DNA from: Lama glama
Taxonomy: Eukaryota
NCBI GenBank assembly: GCA_028534125.1
Contig: CM052837.1
Coordinates: 2,170,001-2,234,000 of the forward strand
Length of the DNA: 64,000 nucleotides
Direction: 5' to 3'
Shown here piece by piece: positions 13,470-27,312 of this stretch (positions within the stretch are counted from its first letter, which is position 1; each line of letters begins with the position of its first letter). A program made the position numbers and the translations under genes. The notes beneath the pieces were generated by a model. That model was not told where the DNA came from and ran no database searches. It worked only from the letters and a program-made list of their open reading frames with translations.

Positions 13470-14231
13470 CTGGAAAGAGAGAGGCACGTGCTAACGCGGC
13501 CAGAGGGGTTGCAAATCCTCACCCACATCACCAGCTACTGGAACCTTTCTCGGTCAGCGGACAAGGGAGGTGCTCCCAGAAGACTCTTCAGACAAGTTTT
13601 AAGGGATTCCTCAAAGTAAGGACCAACTCAGACGCCCTGCTTCTGGGAGGAGGGGATTATCTTTTATGGCCCCTGGGAACGCGCAGGTCCCTTCAGAGGA
13701 AGCTCTGCGCGTCTCAGACGCGCACGTGCTCTCTCCCGGGGGTCTTGATCGCATAACGTGGTGTTAACGCTCTGCCCCAGGTTGTGGGGACTCCTTGGTC
13801 CACATGTGGGAAAGCCACACAGACGTGTTTGGATTAGTCTATCAATAAGGCTGCCACTCTGGAGAAAGGAATATCCAGGAAAATTCAGGTCGCAGACTCC
13901 GAATTACTGTAAACCAGCGTAACCTTGATTTAGCAACTACTTCTGTGCAAGTTCACATCAGAGGACTTTATCCAAAGAAAGATGAAAGGAAGAGATCGGT
14001 GGAAGGGACACACAAGTTTTCCTATCTGCCTGGGAGCTGGACTGCAAACACGTGGAGGGGAGAGCAAGGGCCAGGAGGCACGGGTGGGCCAGGGAGCAAA
14101 GACGTCAGGAAACGGCTTCGGGATACTGACGTGTGAAACGTGGAGGGACGCTCTCCTCCTTTCAGACCTAGAAACTTTCTCCCCTTCCCGGTGCCCACCC
14201 CCGCCCAGCGGCAATGTGCTTGCCCAGATAC

Positions 14232-14392
14232 CTCATTGATCAACATGCGGCTGGCCATGGAGAGTCGGGTCTTGGGGGGGAAGTGGCTGGTGATCATGAT
14301 TCGAAGACCGGCCTCAGAGAAAGACAGCTGGTGTGGGTAGGCTGACAGCAGCTCGTCCACCATGATCACTGACGCTTTGCGGTGGAAATTGG
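14232..14392 (-). CDS. SLC24A3: SLC24A3 coding exon (probably exon 11), NFHRKASVIMVDE...SRMLINE
   Basis: 161 nt, phase 1-0; acceptor ttcccag, donor gtatct. Confidence 0.95.
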
Positions 14393-14454
14393 CTGGGAAA
14401 ATTAAAACCATAAAATAAAAGTAACTCTGCGGTTAGGAGCAGGGAAGAGACACT

Positions 14455-14646
14455 CATTCCTCTTCCCTCCCTTTCTCTTTTCTCACGCCTTCCTGCTTTT
14501 CTCCTGTCTTCACTCTCTCCCTCCCTCCCTTCTTTCTTTCCATCCATCTATCCAACCAAACATCCATCCATCATCTATATATCTATCCAACCTCCTATCC
14601 ACCAATCCATCCATCATCCATCCGTCCATCCATCTATCCATCCATG
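14455..14646. repeat. CT-rich tract followed by degenerate (CATC)n microsatellite
   Basis: ccctccctttctc... then ccatccatct/ccatccatcc repeats. Confidence 0.85.
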
Positions 14647-15829
14647 GAAGGTTGTAGTGATCAAAATTTGGAGAAGAGTAAAAATCTTCTTTCCACGGGG
14701 CTCATCAATACCTCTTTTGAAATGACTCGAAACAATCTGTGTAGTTTGCTGACATGGTCACAATGAGTAATAACATAATAGAATCCTTTGTCCTTAAAGG
14801 ATTCTTTTCTCGTCACTCAGATCTGGGGCACAGGAAACATCCCAGTGGTCTTTAGTAACCGTTTATACCCTTACATGTCAACAGTGTACACAGTGAGCTG
14901 TTAAAAGCCACAGGACTGATGTTAGTCCTAGTGGAGGACATGGTGGGAAAATGTCCATGCTGTCGCGGCCACGCCCATGTGCAGGGCTGACCGCGGGCTT
15001 AGGGGCCGGGTGACCTGGCCACCTCACAGAGGCTCAAGTCCAGGAGGGGCTTAGGGTAAATCTTCTGTAATGATTTGCTGGCAGGCCTGAAAAAAAAAGT
15101 GCCACCACAGCCCAAGCCCCTCTCTGTGGATGTTTTAATACGAGTGCACGGCTCACAGGTACCTGGCCGCAGCCTCACTCCTGTTGTCCAAGCCACTAGA
15201 CCACGAAATGATCTCTGGAAACACTGACTAACAGCAGGTGGCTCTCCCTAGTCCTGAGAGTGGCCCGTTTATGGTTATAAACTACCCTGAAGAGAAGAAA
15301 CTAAATGAGATCCTGCTGTGGGACGGCACTGAATACCTGTAAGTCTTCTGTCAAACATGCATATAATTAATGAGAAAAGTATATCAAATAACTGATTTTC
15401 AAACTCTAATAGTTACCCACGATTACCCAGATTTTGAACTCAGATATATATTTGAAAATAACCTATAGATCTTCTAACTTCTTTTTTGTTTTTCCTGCAA
15501 GGCAAACAAAATGGGACCGAGGAGAGATAAACCCACATATTTCAAGGGGAAAGTTTAAAAAAATTAAATGAAAAACACCTTCTAGGCAAAAGTAAATGAT
15601 AATTCTTCTCTAAGAAAGAATATTATGTATTACAGAGTGCTGTGTTACTTCTCTTTGTGTATCAGAGATGTTCAGTAAGCATCGATGGGATATAAAAATC
15701 CCATTAAAAGAAAACCCAGGTACTTTTCTGTGTCATTTTGCAGTTTGGAGACTGAGGTCACGTGGCCTGAGAGTGAATCTGGGTGTCATAATACACTAAT
15801 AACAACGATCATGAATGGAGTATTTTACG

Positions 15830-15950
15830 TACTGTATCTCCTTTACTTGTTACAAAAATCATCCTCATTTTGAAGAAGAGAACATTGAGGCTCAGAGAGG
15901 TTAAGTCACTTGCTTCATGGTCACACAGCCGGAATGAGACATAATCAGTA
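15830..15950 (-). mobile_element. MIR (further probable MIRs near 1700, 6700, 18500, 33220, 36830, 41650, 48200, 59810)
   Basis: tgaggctcagagaggttaagtcacttgc...ggtcacacagc core. Confidence 0.7.
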
Positions 15951-16202
15951 CCTTACAACCCGCAGTCTTCTCCCCTTTACCGTCCAGTCCCAGTCTCCCT
16001 GTATCACCCCCCGCACATTTGGCCCAAGAACTTCCTGGGACTTTCAGAGCTGCTCATCACCGGGCCATGCGGCCAGTGGGAGGGAGGACAGAAGCCCCTC
16101 TCCCTGGCCTCCCCTGGGGCGGCTGTGCACCAGCAGCACCCCTGTGCGGCCCTGACAGGGTCCGGGACGCCCCGGGTGTCCCCCGGGATGCGCCCGGCTC
16201 AC

Positions 16203-16336
16203 CTCTCTTCAGTAGCACCACAGTCGCGTCACAGTTGCTGCTGTCGTCCACCTCGGCGTTGCTGGCCAAGCCGTTGACCATGTTTCCAGCACCTTTCGTC
16301 CTCCTCTCGAAGCACTGATGCATGCAGGCGTTGTAT
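16203..16336 (-). CDS. SLC24A3: SLC24A3 coding exon (probably exon 10), YNACMHQCFERR...ATVVLLKR
   Basis: 134 nt, phase 2-1; acceptor atgcag, donor gtgagc. Confidence 0.95.
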
Positions 16337-19300
16337 CTGCATGGCCACGGGTGCAAAGAGCCCATCAGCGCCTGCCGATCCTCCAGCCCGGCTCCCGGCT
16401 CCCCGCTCCCCGCAGCTCTCCCAGCTGGACGCGTGGCGGGGACCCCGTGCCTCAAGTGACAGTGATTATTATTTTGTCATCGCATTTCCCTTAGAAAATA
16501 CAACCTGCCCCACCTCCCGGCTTCAGGACGGCAGTGAGTGAACAGAAAGCCAGCGCCGCATGGGTGAACCCGGGCGTCCTGCAGCGTCTGCAGCGCCGCT
16601 GCGGGGCCCGGGACGGCGCTCCCTTCTCGGGGTCTGCGCGTGGAAGGGCTCGGATGCCACTCAGTGGGGTGGACGGGGTCCCCCCGCTCCGGGCCGCGTC
16701 CCCAGGGGCCTGCTGACCGGGGAGGTAGGGGTCGTGTCCTGGCTGCTGCCCAGTGCTGCGCGTCACCATCCACGTGCACCGGAGGCTGGCTGGCGACGCC
16801 CCTGACTTTGGTTTCCTGAGGTCCCAGATTAGGGTCCTGGGACTGTCACTGTTGTCCCATAATTCCAGGTCTGAGGGGCTCTTGGTTCCGTGAGAAAATT
16901 CTGGGCTATGATGCTCCAGACAGAGTGAAAACACAAACGCTGTGCAGCGCTCCCCACGTGGGCGCTGCAAGGGAGAACCTTGGACAAGTTCCGAGGATGC
17001 TTCTGGCAGGTGAGTGTCCTGGTCCTTTATCGTTGGTGTGAGAAGATTCTAGGAGAGGAATCCTAGAAGACTCACAGGCAAAGAGCCACTGGGCAGTTCC
17101 CAGGGCACTGCAGGCCATGGCTGTTTCCCCTACCCCGAGACTGGAAGGCCTTGATGGCTTCCTGGCCATGGGACAAGCCATCGACATGGCCCACCAGCTT
17201 GGTCTCTGGCCTCCCAGAGACCGGCAGCCAGGCATGGGGGCTCTAAATCCAGCTGGCAGGCCCCTCAACGTGTTTTCCCCTCCTCCTCCTCATCCCTTGT
17301 CCTGCTATGGACGTGAAGCCCCGTGGAGTCCCTCCCCACTGCATCCTGCGGCCTGTTCTTCACCGAGCGCAGCTCTGGGTGGGTGGACCTGTGGGGGCTG
17401 GACCACCATCGTGGTACAGGTGGAGGGTCCTCTGTGGCTGGGACCTCCCTGTACATCCTGGGAGCCCATGGTTCTTCCTACAGGCCTGAGGGAGAAGAGG
17501 AAGCTAGTCTAAAGGGATGGAGGCAGCTGAGAAAAAGGGAAGCGTGCAGGCCAGTCCTGGGGTTTACAGTCTCGGGTTCACAGGAGGCAGGGACTGGAAT
17601 TAGAACATCTCTATTCTGCAACCTGGTGACACAGTGGAGCCAGACACGGGAGAGACAGAGAGATGGGGCATCCACGTGCCCGCTGCCGGGGGGCCACACC
17701 ATCACTTAGGACACAGTGTAATCTGAAGCGGGTCAGTGTCTGCCAGAGGCCAGAGGAACCGGCCACGTTACCCCCCGGATGTAACTGACAACCTCCAAAC
17801 CGTGGGGAATTCTGCGGAGCAACCAGTCGGATTTCATCAAAAACTAAATTGCAAGGAAAAACACAATGGGGCTGGGTGGGGGTGTTATAAATTTGAAGAG
17901 AACCAAAATGGAGCAACCAATTGTAACGAGTGGAATTTATTTGGATTCTGGTTTTTGAAATATTTATGACATTTATGAGATGAAAACTGTAAAAATGGTA
18001 TTTATGAGCCATTGAAAATCTGAACACTGATGGGAAACTTAATCATATTAAAGAATCAGTGTTAATTTTAGGTATGGTAATAATCTTGTGTGCAGGCTTA
18101 AATGAGTCCTTTTAGAGACTTGCACTGAACTGGCGTGATGTCTGGGCCTTCAGATCACGTGGAGGGAGGGCAATGGCTAGGGGGCTGGGCGAGTGGATGA
18201 AGGAACCGGGCTGGCGGCTATCGGGGCTCGTGCTGAGCACGCGGGGTGCGTCATGCTATCCTGCTGACTGTTGCCACGGCCAGTGTTCGTAATGAAAAGG
18301 CCTCCCCACCTTCTAGATTCAGCGCGAACACCTTGCCCTCCCGATGGGGCTCTCGGGGAGGTGATTCTGTCATCTTGACTCAGAATCCATTTTCCCCAAA
18401 GAAATACTGACTTGCCTGAGAGCTTGCTTTTGAAGTTAACAACTGTGTGTTGTACGTTTATTTGGACGTGGATAACGGGATGGTAATACTACGTATCGTG
18501 AGCATGCGCGCTTGCTCGGCACCAGGCGCTGGTTAATTACTTAACACCTCCACCACGTCCCATCCTTACAGACACCCTTTCAGGTGGGAAGCATCATTCA
18601 TTCCGCTTTTAGGAGAGGAAACTGAGATTTGAAATGGCTGAGTCACCTGGCTAAGGACCCGCCGGGGACCCCCGGCCAGTATGTGGCCAGGGCACCTGTG
18701 GCCAGGGCTGAACGTGAAACACCTGATCTCCACCGCCAGCCCACACTGCCTCCCCTGGAGCCCAAACCCCAGGGAAGTGACGCAGAGGGATGGAAATCAA
18801 TCCTTGCCGAGGCCGGGTATCCTCACGCTCCCTCAAGGCTTCCACCTGTCAGGCCAAACTGAAGTTGCTTTTTGACCTTCAGACAATGTTTAAAGTCATT
18901 TTAAAAAAGCCACCTACCCAGGAGGCAGCTGACGGTTCTAATATATGCTGTTTTCAATGGCTGCTGCTCTGTTGTGTACTTTTAATTGAGCGTTTTCAAT
19001 TTTGTGCTTGTCCCCCGAAACTATTTTATGGTGAAGCATGCAATTTTATAAATCAGATTTTATAAAACCCAATGATTAAAGCCTCTGATTACGGAGGGGG
19101 ATGGCTAAAGAGCAGAGATTTCCATTTAGAACTTAGAATCCGAATTTATGCAGAAAAAATCCCGCGAACGCGGTAGCTGCCTTCCCTCGTTTTATTTGCA
19201 CCCTGCTGGTTTTAACAGCTGCAAGGTTGGTTGAGCTGGGGCAGCAGCACACCTCACCAGCTTCCACGCTGGGCACGGTTTGGGGGCAGAGAATTGTTCA

Positions 19301-19508
19301 CCGTGTTCTCTTAATGCCCACGTGCCCCGCCAGCAACTCTCAGACTTCACGATGGCCTGGTAGGGGGGCGTGGTGGTCACAGGATACAAACTAGCAAAAA
19401 TCCCAGAGTCTTCCTTCTTTTTAGGTGAAACAAAAGTTGAAACCTCCGTATTCTGCAAAACCCCTAGTGAATTCACTATGAGACATTCTTTCATCTAAAT
19501 TCAGATTT

Positions 19509-19594
19509 TTTTTTTAAATGGAGGTACTAGGGGTTGAACCCAGGACCTCACGCATGCTAAACATGTGCTCTACCACTGAGCTACACCCTCACCC
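19509..19594 (-). mobile_element. tRNA-Ala-derived SINE (short form)
   Basis: Head plus A tail only; TSD tct(a/g)aattcagattt at 19494-19508 and 19595-19609. Confidence 0.88.
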
Positions 19595-20749
19595 TCTGAA
19601 TTCAGATTTAAAACCCAAGCTCCGTGTTGGGCTTGTAGCAGACACTCGGTCAGTCCTTCTGGGGTAGTTGATGAACCACCTTTTCACAAAGGAAGATGCG
19701 AGCTCATGACTCTCTGGGGTCTCAAGGCACCAAAATGTTTTTTTTAAAACAAGATGAAATAAATAAAAAATGCTGAAAGAAGAAGACATACGTGTATCGC
19801 TGCAGCTTCCTGACGGTGGCCTGAGTTCCTGGTAGTTTTGCTCTTTGAGGGAAAAAGGAGCAAGACGGCTGCTCCCACCTTTACAGGCTTTTCCTTGGAG
19901 TCTAGAGAGGGTGGAGAGCCTTTGGGCCAACTCCGGTTTTCATGGGAGCTGATGGAAGGTGATTCGTGGTCGCTGTCAGTTACCTCACCAGGACATGTTT
20001 GGGAAAGGTTCTGTTCTAGAAATGCCCCCTTCCAGGACCAAGACCCAGACACTGGGTCCACACTGACCCCGGGACACATGGAAACTGGGCGCCATGTTGA
20101 GTGGAAGGGCGGCAGGTGGCCCACAGCCCGCCCTGGACATCGGCCAGGCCAGTTCCTCCCTTCACCGTCCCTGTGACATCTGCCAAGGGCCACGCTGATT
20201 TCTCTCAACAGGGCTCTCGGCCACTAGTGGCCGGAATTAGTTTTTGTCAGGCCTCAACAGCAAGGAAAACGTGACATGTCCGTTGCAGAGGGCTACTCGC
20301 TCTGCACAAACTGGTTCTACTTTCCTGCCCGCCAGGGAGGGCAGTCACGCCTGCAGTCACACACGCTAGGGGAGAGTATGGGCTAATTTAGAGCAAAAGA
20401 GCCCGCTCCCGGGGGGCAGGCAGCTGCAGCACAGAGTATCTCTGCGCTATTTATCAGCTCCTCATCCTGATGGTATTTGGCACAAAGAGGAACCAGAAGG
20501 TGCACCCCAGGGTGCTCACGTTCTACCTCGGAGAGCAGGAAGCGTGAGCAACAGCGTTCCTGACATAAACAGGAAGCTGCCCAGACTCCAAGGGGAGAAG
20601 GACCCACAATAAGGTGGTTTAAAATCCACCCACAAACCTTTGCCATGTCTCTCTTTGAAAGGTGAAGTAGACCCCTTATCTGTGGACTGGACTTAGGGAT
20701 GCGCTTCTATTAAATCGAATATGGTGGAAGAGACAGTGTGTGACTTGCA

Positions 20750-21131
20750 AGACCAGGTCACAAGAGGTGCGGCAGGGTCCTCCTTGCTCCCTGTCGAACC
20801 ACCTGTTCTGCTGGAAGCCAGCTCCCCATGTGGGGGGCACTGGAGCAGCCCTAAGGAGAGCCCCACACAGTAAGGAACTGGGGCCTCCAGCCGACGGCCA
20901 GCACCAGCTTGCCCGAGGTGTGAATGGGCCATCTTGGAGCCCCAAACGGATGACGGCCGCCCTGGCCAACCTCTCACCTGCAATCTCAGGAGAGACTCTG
21001 GGCTGGAACCTTCTAGTTAAGCTGCTCTTGCGTGCCTAACTCTCAGAAACCATATGAGATAACACATGTCTGCAGTTTTAAGTCACTAAATTTGGGGGTC
21101 ATTTGTTAGGTGGCAGTAGGTGACTGATACA
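20750..21131 (+). mobile_element. MLT1F-like MaLR LTR
   Basis: aaggaactggggcctccagcc...ttttaagtcactaaatttggggg...gtgactgataca. Confidence 0.75.
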
Positions 21132-21574
21132 ATATGAATACTGGATGTCCACATATATTCAATCCATGGTTTTAGTTCTCTCTCATTCAGCTCTGGTCCC
21201 ACCTTCCCTCCACCTATACAGAAGCACAGCACATTGAGTTGTACCTCCTTTCTTGTTATGAAAGAGAGTGAAGGCACAGACAAAAGCTAGGTTGCCCAGT
21301 CCTGAAGAGGGGCGAGGGTTTGAGAGATTTCTCAGACGAAACCCTGAAGCTCTGGTTCTGTCACACACGTGGGTGGCAGGGTCTGTGCTTCTACTGCCAG
21401 TGGAAGCTGCAGTGGTTCTTAGAAGGGTGCCGAGGGGGCCAGGGAGCCTGAGACGGCCGCGCCTCCCAGACCAGCCGGGCCCCCGCCCTCTCCCCATCCC
21501 TCCCTCTGCACCGCCACACGGTGTGGAGCGAGGACAGAGTGTGGGGAAAGGAACCACCAAGGCCTTTTACTTAC

Positions 21575-21628
21575 TTCATAATGACGATGTAGACGAGGTA
21601 CATGAGCACGAGGACCAGGGACTCCCAC
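21575..21628 (-). CDS. SLC24A3: SLC24A3 coding exon (probably exon 9), (W)WESLVLVLMYLVYIVIM(K)
   Basis: 54 nt, phase 2-2; acceptor ccgcag, donor gtaagt; encodes a hydrophobic TM segment. Confidence 0.95.
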
Positions 21629-22689
21629 CTGCGGACCAGCCAAGACGGTCAGTTGACGGAAGCCGCCCCCGGCAGACGCGCAGCGTCCAGGCCGGCCTCG
21701 AACACGCCGCGCGGGAGCCGAGCCCGGCGACGCGGAGGCGGGCGAGCCCACGGGTCGCAGGCGCGTCCTGCTCTGCGGACGTTTCCTACGCTGCACCCGG
21801 CTTTCAGGGACCGCTCTCTCCCTCCTCCGCTTTTAAAAGGAAAATGCTCCCTCTTCTCTGTTACTCACTCACCCCAAAGAGTTTGTGGAACACAGTGAGC
21901 CTTCTACAATACTGTTGAATGTAAGTCTGTATTTAAAAATCTGCCCACAGCTCGATCATTCACTAAAATGATGCAGATACAAGGACAAACCAGAGGAACT
22001 GACTGGGGCAACCGATTGTTGGACACCTGGGAGCAAGGCACACACGAGGGAGGGGGGAGGGAGGGGGAGGGAGGGGGGAGGGAGGGGGAGGCCCCTTGGC
22101 CAGGGGACAAGAAGGATAAAAATGAACGAGTGGGGAAATGGGCAAGAGAAAGAAAGAAAAAAACCCCCAAATCTTCCAGAATGTACCTTGAACTTCTGAT
22201 ACTTTGACTACTTCCCCTATTTCCCCATTTTAGTAACTTCCAGCTAAAACGCAAGAGAACTTGACGTCTAGGTGTCTCTTCAGCTGCAGAACTTAACTGG
22301 CTCACTGAGGGAGTCACTTTGGCTTCAAGAACACAGGTTCCTGGAGGACGGACTATGAAGAAATTCTAGGTTACGGCTTTCTTTTCTTTTTGCTTTTTGA
22401 GTTCTGTGTCTAGAAGTCAATCCTAGGGAAATATGTGGTCAAACGTGAAAAGGATGCACACACAGGGTATTTTTTTTTTTTTGGTCGCAGAGTTTTATAA
22501 AAATGAGGTGTTGGAAAGAAGCAAGATGGTCATCAGTTGAGCATTTGGGTGCGTGAGTCACGGTGAGTGCATCTGTGCGGTGGGTGGGAATGATTATGCA
22601 AACATGCATCTGTTAGAGAAGGTGCTGGCGATGCCACGGAAGGAAGTCGGGGGTCCAGCCCCCTCCAGCTTCTGCCACATTTCTCCACG

Positions 22690-23830
22690 TCTCTCAGCGA
22701 ACCTTCTCAAAGGGGTGTGAGCACTCCAGTCAGTACCTCCGTTCACTTGGCAAATCTCTCAGTTAACTTCCACACCCATGGATCCCCTGAAACGCTTGTC
22801 CAGGGCACCAGCGACCTCCATGTGCACAGCCCCAGGGACGGTTCTCTGTCATCCTGTTCAATGTCTCCGCAGCATCTGAAGCTGACCCCCCGTCCTCCCT
22901 GAGAAAACACTCTCCTCTCCTGACTCCGAGGGGCCACCCTCCTGGTTCTCCTCCTGTCCCCTAACGTCTGCTTTCTCCCCTTTGTGTCCTCTATTTCTTC
23001 AGTCCCACTGCTAAATACGAGACCCCCTTCTCTTGTCCCCTGCACGTTCTCCCCAGGTGATGTCACCTTGTCCTATTGCTGTGAAACCAGCCGATACGTC
23101 CACCCCACACCCCTCTCCGGCTCTAGGTCATGTATCCATCCACCTGTCAACACCGCCCCTCCACGCGGCATCTAAATGTGCGTCATAAGAGAATTCTTAG
23201 TCCCTGCTCACTTGCTTCGTTTCTCCAGGGTTTCCCAACTCAGTGACTCTACCACGCCCTGGGCAGTCCAGCCCCACGTCTGGAAGTCACTGGGGAGCCC
23301 AGCTTTGCTCCCCCCGCCACGTCCACCAGGACCCAGTGTCCAGGATTTCCTGAGTTGTTGGTGTCTGCCCTCTCTACTGCTACCTCCCTCATCCACCTTA
23401 ACTTCAGCCTCTGAACCAGTTTCTGGCTGCTTCTGGATCATGTCATTCTTCTGCTTGAAATGCTTCAATTGCTTCCCAACATACTTGAGGAAAAAAATAA
23501 AAGGTGCCCCCCACCTCCTGGCAAGACTTGGTTCTTTTTCCTCCTTCTCCAGATCCTCTCGCGTCTCGTCTGTCTGCGTTCCAGTGGCTCCTTTCATTTG
23601 CACACACCAAGCCTCTGCCTTCTCCCCAGAGCCTTCACACTTACTGTCCCCTCTGCCAGGAATGCTTTTCCCTTCACTCCTTGGTTAGTCACTTTTATCC
23701 TGCAAATATCAGCTTCAGTGTCACCTCCTCCAAGGAGTCTTCCCTGCCTACTCCTCCTTCACTTTCTATCACGTGACCCTGCTTGTGATTATCCTGTTTC
23801 TTTACTTATTTATATCTGATGACTGTCTAG
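22690..23830 (+). mobile_element. L2 relic
   Basis: C/T-rich, with ccctctgccaggaatgcttttcc...cagcttcagtgtcacctcctcc. Confidence 0.65.
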
Positions 23831-25339
23831 CAGTCACCTGACCCCACTCCTGACACCGGATTCCTGTCTCAGTAATCTGGTTTCTCCTTAGAGCGGCCTC
23901 CCCGACAGACTCCCCGCGAGCAGACAGCCCCTCCCTCCCTGGCACAGAGCAGCCCTCAGCTCATCTGCACACTGTGAGACTTCCCTAAACGTCTTGCAAA
24001 ACACCTCTGATGGCCTGAACATGGTTCTTATCTCACTGCAATCAATGATGTGGCATCAACCTAACTGGGAAAAGTGAGCTTTTATTCCCAGCATTCATTC
24101 TGAAGGAAGAGACACCCAGGATCTGAAGGGAAGCCACACAATTGCTCAGATGCGTGTTAGCAGACTTGGGGAGGGGAACCGAGCCAATGTCAGCAGAACA
24201 CTCCAGGTGGGCTGAGTTGAGCCCACACCTACAACAGGCACATGTACACCCTCTAGTTCCTTGAGATCTTTCTGATTTTTCACTCAAAGCAAACCCTTCC
24301 ACTGCAACATGTGAGTAAGGTTCTCTGCCGGCACATTTCAGGGGTGCCTGTCAGATGGGGGCTCCCTCTCCTGCTGATGATTCAGGTTAGCTTTGTTGGC
24401 GCCCAGACTCGGGGCCTCCCTGCGGCCTCCTGTGCACCAAGAGCAGGCTCCCTGCGGCCCCTCTGCTGTTAACCTGCCATCCCCTCTGCTTTTGCCTGAT
24501 TCAGGGTTGGAGCATTGAGTCTTGGCCGGATGCTCTTTGGTGTCCCTCCTCGATGCCCCCAACCCCCGTCCCCAGTGCTGCGAATACCTGCCAACGACGC
24601 CATGACTCCTTGTCTGCTCCCCTCTGGCCCCAGACAGCCCCAAGGCCAGGGCCGCACTGGGTTTTGTGTTCTGTCTAGTTCTGGAATGGAACGAGGCGTC
24701 CAGCAGGTGCTTCGGACCTGAAGTGACTCCACATGCGGACCTCAGAAGTCACATGGGTGGTCCCCACCGCCTCTCCCGGCCACAGCGCACCCGCTGTCCT
24801 CCGAGGGCCTGGCCTCGTGTGGGATCTGGCTTTGTTCTTTCCTTCCCGCAGACGCCCACCGTGAACCACCTACAGCTGCCCCGAGTCTCCTGCCAAAGAG
24901 TGTTCTTCCCCGGGCGGAGGGCTCCTCCCTGCCGCTCCCTGTTCTCATCCGGAGGGCACGGCTCCGAGTTCCTAACCAGGGTCCAGAACAGCGCAAGCCG
25001 GTCCCCGACACCACGCAGGTGGATGGTGTCCAGGTCGTGTCCCCAGGCTCTCCTTTCTCTCCCAGAGTCACGACTCGCTTGAAGAAACAACAAAGGCATC
25101 AAACTGGGGCCTTTCATTCTCTCGTCAGGCCTCCGGACACTCCAAGAACACAGCCTAAATGCCTTCTCGCAATGCTGTGGGCTCGTGGCCTCGCTGCCTT
25201 GCTGCGCAGGCTGCACACACACCCTGCAGGTGGACCTCTGACGCTTTCTAGTTTAGATGTCTTTCGGGATAACTGTCTAACAGAAAAGCACCCAACTGCC
25301 TCATCCTGCTAACAGAACCCCACTATGTTGAGGCAGTAA

Positions 25340-25700
25340 ATGGGGACCCTCAATCTCAAGGAGGGTGGGCCCATCTCTACGCTGAATAATTGGCTTAAAG
25401 TTGTAATTCTGTTTCCCCTGGCCACTTATTGGTCAAGGCAGACACAGGTGTGACCGAAGAGATATAAAGTGGAAAGGTGTTAAGTGAAACCACATAGATC
25501 CTTTTTTTCCTTCTTGCCTTCAATCCAACGTTGATGGCTGGAACCACAGCAGCCATCTTGGGACCGTTAGGGAAAGGCCAGGAGAAATGCAGAGGTATTG
25601 TACCACCCACATCTGGGGTACTTGTTAGGTAAGAACAATAAACCACTATTTCTTTAAGCCATTGTGGCTGGGTTTCTATTACCTGCTACCAAAAACCTTC
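25340..25700 (+). mobile_element. Old MLT1 (K/L-like) MaLR LTR
   Basis: gatggctggaaccacagcagccatcttg...tttaagccattgtggctgggtttctattac. Confidence 0.6.
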
Positions 25701-27209
25701 CAACCACCACTTCTTGGCTGAGTGTGACTTGCTGTGGAATGACGCTGCAGGAAAGGGAGTGGAATCTAAACCATGCATCATGGGGATACTTGGCCTGGTG
25801 TGTTTGTATTTGACAAGACTCCTTTCCTCCTAGAGTGCACTCTAGTGTCAAAATAAACACAACCGAAATTAGTTTCCTTTGAGGATTTGGTTACCTGCCT
25901 TGAAATTGCTAGAACATACTGGAATGTTCCACAACAAGAAATGGAATTCACTGGTTCAGGTGCTATTGAAATGCTGAAATATGCTTTAATTGCACCGGTT
26001 GAGGAATCTGCCTTGGAAGAGAGAAACAAGAGAGACCAGCTCTTAGACACACCCTTTCAGCCAAACAAATACTTGTGGTTGGCTGGGCAGGAAAGTAAGA
26101 GAAGTGGAGAGGAAAAAAGTACCCTAAAGTTCAGTATATTTCACATTCAGATGGGGAGCTGAAATCTCTGCAGGTCCCAGAGCAGCTACGGACCACGGGG
26201 CCGACTAATTTCTCAGCCTCGCTCACGTGGAGAGTGTTCACCGGCTGCTCATCTACACGTATCAGTAATGACGTGACAGCCCAGTGGCCTCAGAGTGACA
26301 TTCTGGTGCCACGAAACCTGCCCCTGAGTTCTTCCTGCAGCTACATCTGCGCACGAGTTATGATTCCAGGCTGGAACAGAAGCTGCTCGGGAATCTGCAG
26401 CTCATGCACCCGTGGTCCTCCCGCCTGCTCCCTCGGTGGGAGCCAGGGTGCTCGGGCAGGGGGTATGATGACCTCAGAATCTGGCCTTGACTTGGCACAG
26501 GCTTGGGGTTCAGCCCAGGACCCGAGGTTTTAACCTCCTAACATCCCGGGAGGGCCAGCCTTTGGAAAGAAGAGGAAACAGACTCTCCTATCTTGCTCCA
26601 TCCCATCTGAAATGCCCAAGAAGACATCTTGAGGGTAAGGACTGCTGTAGGCTTGTCCACGCATCCCCCCGCCAAGGTTTCCACGAGCAAAGCCCGGGAG
26701 GCGTGGAGAGAGGGCTCCAAGACTGACAGACGGGACACCACCCGTGCACATCCTTTCTTAAGGTTTTCTGCACAAAAGCAGCAGAAATATTTCCGAGGGC
26801 GACTGTGATCATAACTTGCTTGTCTTTTGGGCAGCGATGTTAGCAAAGGGCAGCGACACTGAGCCACAAGTCGGCACCTCCTGTTTGCCAAGGCAGGGCG
26901 GAGCTTGTGCTAACCGAGCCGTTGGTCTGAGCGGGACCACATCTGCAGCTTTTTCTGTGCTGCATTTCACCCCCAAGGACGGGGGAGATGTCACCCCTGC
27001 AGTTGGCAGCCACGTGCAGGTGGGTTCTGTGAGGAGGTTCTCCCTGACCTCTGGCCTCTGACCTCTGACCTGAGGTGCTTCCAGACATCTTGCTCCCTTT
27101 CAGCCTGTTGATCATGGTTATTCGGAGAAGACTCCCTTCTTATGGGTCAATATTTTTTATGGGTATATATATATACCCATACACAATATACACAATATAG
27201 ATACTGTGT

Positions 27210-27312
27210 CTTTTTAAATTTTTTTTTCTGATGGAGGGACTGGGGATTGAACCCAGGACCTCCTGCATGCTAAGCACGCGCTCTACCACTGAGCTGTACC
27301 CTCCTCACCCCT
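27210..27312 (-). mobile_element. tRNA-Ala-derived SINE (short form)
   Basis: Head with B box GGTTCAATCC and AGC anticodon loop, A-rich tail. Confidence 0.85.

Noticed and set aside
20218-20233. Palindrome CGGCCACTAGTGGCCG as a CTCF site
   Set aside because: One base short of the core spacing (CCACTAG-TGGC); kept only as a 16-bp palindrome.
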